This document shows, one piece after another, positions 15,827-24,329 of a stretch of DNA of 35,748 nucleotides. The DNA is taken from positions 1-35,748 of the IMG/VR virus record IMGVR_UViG_3300049381_000004. One strand, written 5' to 3'. The DNA is from a virus. Its lineage: Duplodnaviria > Caudoviricetes. Made by a program: the position numbers and the translations under genes. The number at the start of each line of letters is the position of its first letter. Positions within the stretch are counted from its first letter, which is position 1. Below the pieces are notes generated by a model. It made no database searches. It was given only the letters and a program-made list of their open reading frames with translations, and was not told where the DNA came from.

Positions 15827-18100
15827 TCAGAGGTTGCCTCTGCTGACCCAGGTTCCGGGGCTGCCGGCTACTGTGCAGCGCCATCCTTTCGGGCTGCCCA
15901 CGGCTGGTACTGATTGCTCGGCCGAGTCTCCCACCGCTGCAGTACCGGTTGCCGGCGAAACGTTTGAAAAGAACGCGGTCTTAAGTCCGGTTGCGGCATT
16001 GATGATAGTGCCGTTGAAATTATTGGTCAGAGCGTAGTAACTGCCGGTACACGTTCCTGCGGTCGCTACTCCATTTGCCCCATTGGTGTTTCCGCTGTTG
16101 TTGGATATTAACGCTCTTGTGCAAGACGTAATGGAGAGTGCCGAGGCGGTATTTGCAGATCCGCAATTCCCTGTCACGCTCAAGCGATCGCACCCAGTCA
16201 GCTGCATCATGTTAGCAGCCGCGTCCGTGCGTAATTGATTGCCAGAGATCACGCAATCTGTATGGACAAAAGCCGCAGTTCTGTCGAACCTGAGTGCATT
16301 TCCTACGGACGCACGAAAGATATTTCCGTTGACGTTGATGCGATTCAAAGAGACGCTAGATGCGAAAGAGTTGAACGCATCAGCGGTGCCAAGTTGCAAC
16401 ACGACGTTCCCGGAAACATCGACATCGTCAGAGGAGAAAAGCCGAATTCCCTCGCCCGCGAATGCTGCGCCTCCAGGGCCGGTACCGTTGTTCTGCACAG
16501 GCATCCGAACGTTGTTGCCAGTCACGATCGCGCCACCGATGCATGTGCTCACTAATATCCCTGGGCATTGCGTCATCTCCTCCACAATGTTGTCGCAGAC
16601 AATTAGCTTGCTTGCGCCGACTACCGTGTCGTTTACAGATATTCCGGCTGGCCCATTGAGTGCGTTTGTTATTGAGATGCAGCAATTACGAACCACATTC
16701 GCGATAACTTTCTGTGCGCCAAGGCCTCGGCCAACACAATAAATGCCGGATCCTGCGAATATTCCGTTGCCAGTGATATTTTCAACGATGTTGCCACTTA
16801 CCTCGTTGTTGCCCTGCTGAGTTCCACCGATGTACACCGCTATGCCATAGCTTTTATGGTCGCGAACCCTGTTATTGATGACCTTGTTGTAACTAGGAAG
16901 AAAAGTCCCTATGCCACCCGGATCCTGAACGAGAATACCGTTGTCTACATTCAGTCCACCATAGCAACGATTTGAGGATATGTTGTTAAAAGAAGAGTTT
17001 CTATAGACAATGATATCACTTTTGTCGCCTGCTGCAGATGCCAGAAAGTCGTGGAAATAATTTCCAACAACGTCACAATTACTGCTGTTGTTTAGATATA
17101 CGCCTGCCCACTGCATGCCCTCAAATTCACAATTCAGTACCTGACAAAAACTGCATGCATCAAAGATGATGCCACCCACAGATGCAGCGTTGTTGGCCGT
17201 GGTTTGCTTAAACTTCCCGCTATCTATTCTGATATTCGTCTTACTGTTGGCGGAAAACAAATTTATCCCTGGCGTTGCTGTCTGAATAACCGCGCCCTTG
17301 GCGAACGTTATAGTCGAATTACTTTCAAGATTGATTTGCGCACTGATGATGGAGGTTCCGACTACCGGCCAGCTAAGATCTCCACCCAGACTTGCCCAGG
17401 CCTGGACCGCCCCCGTGTCATCTGTCACCCCGTCGATCGCAGCGCCATAGCGGCGTATGTCACGAGGCAAGAATGTGTAGTTGGTCGGCACGACTCCGGC
17501 CACAAACTCCTCGACGGTGATCATGTGCTCAGGGCCAAGCGCTGGGCCTTGCAGTTGCCATGTCAGACCATCGTAGATGGCCTCGTACATGCCATCGACC
17601 TGCAGCGCGCCGGCAGACACAGATTCGCGGTTTTGCCACAGCAGGGATTTCGACAGTCCACCATTGATCGTGATCGTGACTGGCCCGGTATTCTGCAGGT
17701 TGGACTTCCACACAATCCGATCAAACAACTGCGGCGTGCCCGACAACCGCGGGATGTCCAGCTGCACCGAATTGCCGCTGCCGGTGTCCTCGGCCGCATT
17801 GTCCGAACTCGGCGGTCCCGCAGTGATGTCATCGACCGTCCAGATAGGCGCAGTGGGCGGGTCAGTGTCATTGGCTGGCGCCAGCACAAACTTGTATGCA
17901 AGCGTCGGGTCCAGCCAGACGCGCGCCTCACCCCTGAAATTGAGTATGATGGGGTTGCTGTTGAGCGATACACCCGCCGACTCCTGCCAGGTCGAAACCT
18001 TGGTCGTGGTCCCAGCTGCATAAATGAACAGCAAGCCGGCGACGAGCGGACGCCCGTCGTTGTCAAAAAACTTCTGCAGCGGCAAGGGCGATAGATTCAA
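15827..18100 (-). CDS. Tailspike / depolymerase: particle-binding N-terminus + right-handed beta-helix
   Basis: GGAG + TTG 18100; FFDNDGRPL..G.L..Y.AGTTT...NPIIL..RGEA.VWL N-domain; DIRRYGA..DGVTDDT.A; Asn/Gly-rich helix rungs. Confidence 0.92.
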   Translation of the reverse strand: MNLSPLPLQKFFDNDGRPLVAGLLFIYAAGTTTKVSTWQESAGVSLNSNPIILNFRGEARVWLDPTLAYKFVLAPANDTDPPTAPIWTVDDITAGPPSSDNAAEDTGSGNSVQLDIPRLSGTPQLFDRIVWKSNLQNTGPVTITINGGLSKSLLWQNRESVSAGALQVDGMYEAIYDGLTWQLQGPALGPEHMITVEEFVAGVVPTNYTFLPRDIRRYGAAIDGVTDDTGAVQAWASLGGDLSWPVVGTSIISAQINLESNSTITFAKGAVIQTATPGINLFSANSKTNIRIDSGKFKQTTANNAASVGGIIFDACSFCQVLNCEFEGMQWAGVYLNNSSNCDVVGNYFHDFLASAAGDKSDIIVYRNSSFNNISSNRCYGGLNVDNGILVQDPGGIGTFLPSYNKVINNRVRDHKSYGIAVYIGGTQQGNNEVSGNIVENITGNGIFAGSGIYCVGRGLGAQKVIANVVRNCCISITNALNGPAGISVNDTVVGASKLIVCDNIVEEMTQCPGILVSTCIGGAIVTGNNVRMPVQNNGTGPGGAAFAGEGIRLFSSDDVDVSGNVVLQLGTADAFNSFASSVSLNRINVNGNIFRASVGNALRFDRTAAFVHTDCVISGNQLRTDAAANMMQLTGCDRLSVTGNCGSANTASALSITSCTRALISNNSGNTNGANGVATAGTCTGSYYALTNNFNGTIINAATGLKTAFFSNVSPATGTAAVGDSAEQSVPAVGSPKGWRCTVAGSPGTWVSRGNL

Positions 18101-18109
18101 AGGATCTCC

Positions 18110-18277
18110 ATGCAAGACTCAGCGCCGCTGCGTGCGGCAATTGTTGCGGTGACGGTCATGACGGTGAAGGAATTCATCTGGCCGTTAATCCTCGTCCTCT
18201 GGCGCCGCGGCACCCGCGCCGCGCGACAGAAGATCAGTGATGCGCGCCTGCCGAGCCGATGGCGGGGGCCGTCGTAG
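18110..18277 (+). CDS. Small antisense membrane protein (55 aa), overlapping the 3' end of the ejection gene
   Basis: AAGGA + ATG; MQDSAPLRAAIVAVTVMTVKEFIWPLILVLWRRG...; below the ORF-track cutoff. Confidence 0.45.
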   Translation: MQDSAPLRAAIVAVTVMTVKEFIWPLILVLWRRGTRAARQKISDARLPSRWRGPS

Positions 18278-20314
18278 CGGCGCTTTAGTCACGCCTGCCT
18301 GTGCCGCCTCGCGGATCGTTTGTTCCTCAGCCTTGCGAGCCGCGTAATCACGGCCAAACTGAACCAGTCCGCCGATGGTGTTGCGACTGGCGGCACTGCC
18401 GAGCGCCTCCTCAATCATGTTCGCGCTCGCGGGCGTGGTATTGCTCGTGTTGACGCTGTGGCCGCCTGGGTACTTGAACGCGTTTTCAGCTACACGCCCG
18501 ACACGATAGAGATTACCGAGGACTTGCGGGGCGTCCTTGAACAGCTCGCGCAGCCGCGGCCCGGACACGTCGCCCTGGATGATGTTGTTGTAGGCGGCCT
18601 GGCCGAATAGCGCGTTCTCATCGCTCGATGCGCCGATAGCCGCCTTTTTGAGACGCGCCACCGCCGTGTTTTGTGCCGCCTTCGTCAAATCAGGTCCGAG
18701 CAGTTGCTTCAGGCCGCCGAGCTCCGAGACGTTCGCGCCCTCGACATATTTTTGGAAAAACTTGTCGGGCTCGGCGCCGTCCACAACCGCTTTCAGCGCC
18801 GGGTTGTCTCGAATCAGTTCGAAGCGCTGCTTCGCAAGCCCGCGTGCCGCCTGGTACGCCGCCATCGACTGCTGGCCGAGCGGCTCGGAGATCTGCGCGC
18901 CGTTCAGTGCCTCACGCAACGCGCCGAGCGCAGTCTTGACGTTGCCGTCCTGGGTCGCGCGCTGCGCCGTGCTCCAAATCTTGTCGAGCTGCTGCGCCGT
19001 TGATACGGTAAGCGGTGAATTCCCCAGTTGCAGAGCATTGAGCGTCTTGCGGATCGGCTCTGGCAGAAACTCCTCCGTGCCCGTGGCCTTCAGTCCATTG
19101 AATGCCTGCTTCACGAACTGGCGGTGGTCGAGTAGCGCGGGCTGTCCCTGAGAATTTCGAACCGCGGCGTACGCATCGCTCACGCCCTTGCTGAGCGTTT
19201 CATCCACTTCTTGAAGCTTCGCAATGGCCTGCTGCGAGAAGTCATAAGTGCTGCGCGCGTTCTTTGCGCCAAGCTCATCGAGGTTTGCGACTAAATTACG
19301 ATTGGCATTGCGGATCGTCTCGGCGATCGGCTCGCCCTTGCCGACCAGCTTGCTGTTGTTGACCTCCCATGAATATTGGAACGGGTCGCGGCTGGCCATG
19401 CCTCGAGTGAGATTGACCGGGATCGGCAGCGCCGCCGCATCCGCGCGATTGGTCATCACCGTCGGATCTGGGTCGACGCCCATCCTGAGTGCATCGCCGA
19501 CCTCGCGCTTCATGGCGTCATAGATGGGCGGGTCCACCTGCGAGGGTTCGATACCAGCCACGCGCAGCGTGTCATCGGTGACCTGGGACGCAGCGGCTGC
19601 CTGCTCTCGGATACCGGCACGCCCGAATACCTTTCCAAAGACCTCACGCGCCTTCGAAAAGGCTGGTCGCAGCGCTGCTATGCCTCCGGCCAGCGTACCG
19701 CCGAAGACTGCGCCTAGAGCTCCTTGCATCGATTTGTCGAAGATGAAAGACCCTTCACTGTTTACGGGTTGCAGCAGCGCTTGAAAGGCGCCCGCCTTGG
19801 CGCCCGCCTTGATGATTTCCTTAATCGTGCTTCCGCCTTTCGCCGGAGACAGCCATGTGACGGGATTGGCCAGCGTGCCGCCGATGCGCGCCCAGTCGAT
19901 ATCATCTCGCTCATCCTCGGGCCGTCCGCGCTGGTACACGCCCTCCTCCTGAGCCAGCGACTTGTCGAAGGATTTGGTAGTGGTGCCTGATGTGTCGAAA
20001 TCCCCGCCGATCGCAGCATTGACAACGGCATCCACGCCCCGGCGCGCGGGATCGAGTAGCGCATCAGGGATCACGCGCTGCATGATCTGACCTGCACCCA
20101 ATGCGGGATCGATGAAGCCGCGCGCTGGTGCCTCCCACCACTTGCGGGCCTCAGGCTTGCCAAAGTCCTTCAGTGCAGCGCGCTCTGCCTCGGTAGGCGT
20201 ACGCAGGGGCGCCGCCGCAGCAGGCTCAGATTCTTCGGCCAACAGCGCATCGAGCCTGTCCGGGGTAGGCCTCGCCTCCTCTTCCTCATCGAGCATTGCG
20301 TCGAGATCGGCCAT
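18185..20314 (-). CDS. Large ejection (DNA transfer) protein, P22 gp16-like position
   Basis: 709 aa, Ala-rich helical, glycine-zipper segment GALGAVFGGTLAGGIAA; last of three ejection genes. Confidence 0.75.
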   Translation of the reverse strand: MADLDAMLDEEEEARPTPDRLDALLAEESEPAAAAPLRTPTEAERAALKDFGKPEARKWWEAPARGFIDPALGAGQIMQRVIPDALLDPARRGVDAVVNAAIGGDFDTSGTTTKSFDKSLAQEEGVYQRGRPEDERDDIDWARIGGTLANPVTWLSPAKGGSTIKEIIKAGAKAGAFQALLQPVNSEGSFIFDKSMQGALGAVFGGTLAGGIAALRPAFSKAREVFGKVFGRAGIREQAAAASQVTDDTLRVAGIEPSQVDPPIYDAMKREVGDALRMGVDPDPTVMTNRADAAALPIPVNLTRGMASRDPFQYSWEVNNSKLVGKGEPIAETIRNANRNLVANLDELGAKNARSTYDFSQQAIAKLQEVDETLSKGVSDAYAAVRNSQGQPALLDHRQFVKQAFNGLKATGTEEFLPEPIRKTLNALQLGNSPLTVSTAQQLDKIWSTAQRATQDGNVKTALGALREALNGAQISEPLGQQSMAAYQAARGLAKQRFELIRDNPALKAVVDGAEPDKFFQKYVEGANVSELGGLKQLLGPDLTKAAQNTAVARLKKAAIGASSDENALFGQAAYNNIIQGDVSGPRLRELFKDAPQVLGNLYRVGRVAENAFKYPGGHSVNTSNTTPASANMIEEALGSAASRNTIGGLVQFGRDYAARKAEEQTIREAAQAGVTKAPLRRPPPSARQARITDLLSRGAGAAAPEDED

Positions 20315-21789
20315 TACTTGATAGCTCCGAGCTCACGCAGCTTGTCGCGCTTGGTGCGCAGCGATGATTTCTGCTCTTTCGTGAGCCCGCTGATCAGTTT
20401 CTTGGCCTTCTCATCGGATGCCATGTCGATCTGGAACAGCAGCGGATCATAGGACTCGCGCCAGGCCGCCTCAAAATCCTGGAAACGAGTGAAGTCGTCC
20501 TTGTTCGCTTTCAGCCATTTCTCTTGGGCCTTGGCCTTGGCCTCAATTGCGAGCGTCTGCGCCTCGCCGTAGTCGAGCACTGACTGGATGGCTTCCTTGG
20601 TGTAGCCGATACTGGCGTTCTGCCGGCTGATCGACTCGCGCGCCGCATCGGTGCTCGCCGACAGGCCGAGAATCTCTGAGGACGTCGCCGCCACACGCTC
20701 TAGATACTTGTCGAGTACCTGGAGCTTGGTGGCGTCGTTGCTGGCCGCATCAAGCCCGGGAATCAGCGAGGCGAGCCCAGACTCAAGTTTTGCGCGCTCC
20801 CGCGCCCAGTTGCCGGTGCTGATGTTTTCCGAAAGCTTGCGCGCCTTACGGATCTGGTCGAGTTGTTCAGGGACCTTGCGCGCCGCCGCCCGGTTGTCGG
20901 CGGCAATCTCGAAGTTGGTCAGCCCCTGCTTTTCCTGCGCGAGCACCTGGCCCGGGGCATATGACTCCGGCTGCACTGCTGCGCCACCTGCAGCCGCGGT
21001 CGTGCCGAGAGGGAAGTACCCCAGGATGTTGCCGGCCTTGTCGCGGCGCTGCTCGTACTTGCGGCCGTCCTGAGCGGTGAACACCTCAGACTGCTGGCCG
21101 GGGGCTACCGTGAGGGGAATCTCGGCCGGTGACTGTCCTTGCGGCGCAAGAGGATTCACCTGCTTGAGCGCGCCGCCCGTGCCTACGAATTGCGGCGACT
21201 GCTTTGAGGCCTGCTCGGATGCCGAGGTCGCCTGCAGCTGAATGTTCTGCAACACCTGGCCGAGCTTCCCCGGAGGCGCGCCCTGAAGCGCGCCGGTGTA
21301 GGCTTTCAGCACTGGCGCCACGTCGTCGCCGTACACTCCGGCGAACTGAGAGAACGCCTCAGCCACTTTCTGCCGACCCGCGGCCGTATCCTGCGCCACA
21401 TCGGGATCGCTACGCAGCGCGCCCAGCATCTCGCCAAATGAGTCGCGCTGCACGTCTCGCAATTGCACGAGCGACTGCTTGGCCGCAAGCTGCTGCTGTT
21501 TCACACTGGCGTACTTGCTCAGCACGTCCGGGAACTGATCGCCCGCTGCCTCGCGCAGTCCGCTGTCGGGGATTTTGTTGAGGTCGATCGTCCCATCAGC
21601 GCCGATGATTTTGGTGATGTCGAAATCGGCGAGCGCAGCGCGTTGCTTTTCGGTCTGCTGGACCTGCTTGGTCTCAGATTCGGCACGACGGATGTCCGTC
21701 ATTTGCCGCTTGACCTGAAGCAAATCTGAAAGCTTGCCGGTGACGTTCACCGGCTTGACCTGCATCGGGATTGATGGGTCGATAGGCAT
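20314..21789 (-). CDS. Ejection protein, P22 gp20-like position
   Basis: MPIDPSIP start, Gln/Ala-rich helical, between gp7-like and gp16-like genes. Confidence 0.72.
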   Translation of the reverse strand: MPIDPSIPMQVKPVNVTGKLSDLLQVKRQMTDIRRAESETKQVQQTEKQRAALADFDITKIIGADGTIDLNKIPDSGLREAAGDQFPDVLSKYASVKQQQLAAKQSLVQLRDVQRDSFGEMLGALRSDPDVAQDTAAGRQKVAEAFSQFAGVYGDDVAPVLKAYTGALQGAPPGKLGQVLQNIQLQATSASEQASKQSPQFVGTGGALKQVNPLAPQGQSPAEIPLTVAPGQQSEVFTAQDGRKYEQRRDKAGNILGYFPLGTTAAAGGAAVQPESYAPGQVLAQEKQGLTNFEIAADNRAAARKVPEQLDQIRKARKLSENISTGNWARERAKLESGLASLIPGLDAASNDATKLQVLDKYLERVAATSSEILGLSASTDAARESISRQNASIGYTKEAIQSVLDYGEAQTLAIEAKAKAQEKWLKANKDDFTRFQDFEAAWRESYDPLLFQIDMASDEKAKKLISGLTKEQKSSLRTKRDKLRELGAIK

Positions 21790-22837
21790 CAGCCGTTCTG
21801 CCTATTCAGAAGCGACAGCAGGCCGGCGCCACTGGCATCACCGAGGCCGCCAGCAAAGGCATTGGCTGCACCTATTCGCCCCGCCGCCGCCGCATTGGCC
21901 GCACCGGTGATGTTGCCGCCGATGATGCCGCCCGTCGCAACACCCTGCTGACCAACGCCTGCGGCAGCGTTCTGGCCAAGGCTCGTCAGACTCAGCAACC
22001 GCTGAAAGATGTTGCCTTGCTGGGTCTGAAAGCGATCGAAGGACGATCCAAACTCCTGGCTGGCCGCGCCCTGGTTGTAGTCGATGAGCGCCTTGAGCGC
22101 CGGACCCGAGAGAGCGCCGGTGCGCGCAGCCGCGCCATTGAGCACGCCTTGCGTCCCTTGTTGGATCCGGAACTGATAGCCGGGATCCAAGTTCTGGCGG
22201 AACTGCTCGGGACCGAACAGCTGCGTGAGAAAGCCGGTCGGCAGCCCTTGGCCGCTCGAGCCTGGAGCACCCGTGCCTGCCATGGTGTCAGCATCTGCGC
22301 CGCCCGCTGGCCCACGGTTAAGCTGCTCGTAGGCCTGCTCCGGGATTGGATCGCCGTCGGCAATGTAGCGGCCATTGGGGCCGCCAGGCTTGAGCGTGCC
22401 GATGCGAGTGCCGTTGTAGAGCACCTCGTAATAACCCTTGCCCACGCTCTTCGTGGTGGTTCCTGGCGGTAGATAGGTGTCGCCCACCAACTGGCCATTC
22501 GCCGAACTGAAGTCGCGACGCTGCGGCACGCCCGTTTGACCTGCCCCGAAGCCGCGCTGTGTATTGATGCCGAGTAGCCGTGCCAGTAGCTGATTTGCGC
22601 CGTAGCCAGAGCCCACGAAGGGGACTTGATCCTCTCGCAGCTGGTCGAACTGACGCTGCGAGACGCCAGATGCGCGCTCGGCGCCAGCAACCTGCGTACG
22701 CGCGGCATCCCTGGAGGCATCTGCCTGCAGTCCTGCGCCAATGAGGCCGGCGCCAGCAACGAAGCCGAATGGTATGACTAGTTCGCCGCGGTCAAGGCGG
22801 CGCCTCCATTTAAATGGATGATTTCGGCGGCCGGCAT
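21789..22837 (-). CDS. gp7-like DNA transfer/ejection protein; start via uORF ATG 22837 and putative -1 frameshift (family-like sequence begins about 22775)
   Basis: PFGFVAGAGLIGAGLQADASRDAARTQ...PFVGSG; DPGYQFR..QG..GV...AAARTGALSG.ALKAL..Y.Q..ASQEF; frame is open up to the TGA at 22839 but has no ATG/GTG/TTG above 22616. Confidence 0.8.
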
Positions 22838-22838
22838 C

Positions 22839-23450
22839 TCAGGTCCTCCGAATACAGCAGATCATGGTGATTCGATCCTCGTCGGAGTCGTTGTCAACCC
22901 AATGCAGCGCGCTGTTGTCGAAATGGAAACTGTCGCCGGTCCTGGTCACCAGTCGCTCGCCCTCAAAGCAGAATGCCTGCTGCTCATTGGCCGCGATCGA
23001 GATCGCAAACTTCTCGTAGTGCTGCGCATGCCAACCGTTGTCGACGTGCGGCTCGACGCGCTGGCCAGCGGGGATCTTGGTGATGAGGATTCCGCCGAGC
23101 TTGGTGCCGCCGACGAAGTGCATCATCTCCATGGCGAGGCTGCGCACCGGGATCTCGTTCGCCACCGGGTACCACACTGACTCGTGCGGGCCGTTGAAGG
23201 CGGCATAGTCGCCGGTGTAGTTGGCCCAGTCGTTGTAACGGACCCAAATGTCCGAAATATGCGAGTGTGGCGTACCGTAGCTTGCCGTGCGCAGCGTGTG
23301 GCGGTCCCACAGGCCCGGGTCATCGAGCGCCTTGCGCAGACGATCCACGTGGAACCTCTTGCCGAGCAGCCCAATATGCGAAGTCCAGTTCGGCGAGGGA
23401 TTCGCCAGGGCATGCTCAGCAACTGCAGCAGTAAGGGCGGTGAGCATCAT
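22839..23450 (-). CDS. Aspartyl/asparaginyl beta-hydroxylase-like 2OG-Fe(II) oxygenase
   Basis: ILITKIPAGQRVEPHVD (HxD), FHFDNSALHWVDN (distal His), DRITMI (2OG-binding Arg). Confidence 0.88.
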   Translation of the reverse strand: MMLTALTAAVAEHALANPSPNWTSHIGLLGKRFHVDRLRKALDDPGLWDRHTLRTASYGTPHSHISDIWVRYNDWANYTGDYAAFNGPHESVWYPVANEIPVRSLAMEMMHFVGGTKLGGILITKIPAGQRVEPHVDNGWHAQHYEKFAISIAANEQQAFCFEGERLVTRTGDSFHFDNSALHWVDNDSDEDRITMICCIRRT

Positions 23451-23953
23451 GGAGCACCCCCGATCGCGCGCACCATGCGCTGCGTGTGCGCCGGGTCGAT
23501 CTCGACGCGCTCGAAGTCAGGCTGCACGCGCATCTGGCGCAACTGTTCGAAGCGCTCGGCATCGAAGGGTCGCTGCAGCAGGAATTCGTAGATCTGCGCG
23601 GGTGCATCCCACAACACGCGCCAGTCGAAATGCAGTCCTCGAACGCGTTCGAGCACGCCATCCCAGGCATGCGCGCACTCGGTCAAACCGATGGCGGCAA
23701 GGGAAGTGTCAACCTGATCGAGGGGGCGGTGTAGGATCACTTTTCGAGCCGGATGCTGGTCCAACCAGTCGGGGAACAGCGCAATCCCCGTACACGCGAT
23801 ACCGAGCATTTTTGTGCTCTGGATCGCATCCAGCTCGCTGTAGTGCCGCGTCCACAATGGGTCGTGCAGGCACAGAGTCGTGTCTGTGGTGAGCCAATTT
23901 GCTCCCCAGGTACTGCCTGAGCGCGGCGCACTGATCAACATGAACTCTATCAA
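23447..23953 (-). CDS. Sulfotransferase-fold (P-loop-like) protein
   Basis: FMLISAPRSGSTW..NWL...CLHDP (5'-PSB loop), KVILHRPLDQVDTSL (3'-PB-like R..S). Confidence 0.75.
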   Translation of the reverse strand: MIEFMLISAPRSGSTWGANWLTTDTTLCLHDPLWTRHYSELDAIQSTKMLGIACTGIALFPDWLDQHPARKVILHRPLDQVDTSLAAIGLTECAHAWDGVLERVRGLHFDWRVLWDAPAQIYEFLLQRPFDAERFEQLRQMRVQPDFERVEIDPAHTQRMVRAIGGAP

Positions 23954-23963
23954 GAGAATACCA

Positions 23964-24329
23964 CTACATTGGAAAGAAAGTCACGGCTGGCGCCACTGCG
24001 TACGTGATGCGGATGCGATCGCCCTTGCACAAGGGGATCATGCAGGGGGCGGTGCCGGCCGCGTAGAACACTGTCCCATTGCGGCTGAACTCGATCGTGA
24101 GGCCGCCGCCGCCAACAACATTGAGCTGGCCACGAATCATGCCTGTGTACGTGAAGGGCGATGCCGTGACCGTGATCGCGCTTTCAGGCTGAGAGCCGCC
24201 GTTCACTGCCGAGCTGTAGAGCTCGCTGATCAGCCGAAACCAATCCTTGGCCGCCAGCGGAATCGTGCCCTTCATCTCCACGATTGGGCTGTTCGGGCTG
24301 GTCATGAAAAAGCGGGCTTTCTCGGTCAC
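23964..24329 (-). CDS. Small tail protein (gp26 tail-needle position)
   Basis: Follows gp10-like; PIV...DWFRLISEL N-motif, beta-rich C-terminus. Confidence 0.6.
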   Translation of the reverse strand: MTEKARFFMTSPNSPIVEMKGTIPLAAKDWFRLISELYSSAVNGGSQPESAITVTASPFTYTGMIRGQLNVVGGGGLTIEFSRNGTVFYAAGTAPCMIPLCKGDRIRITYAVAPAVTFFPM

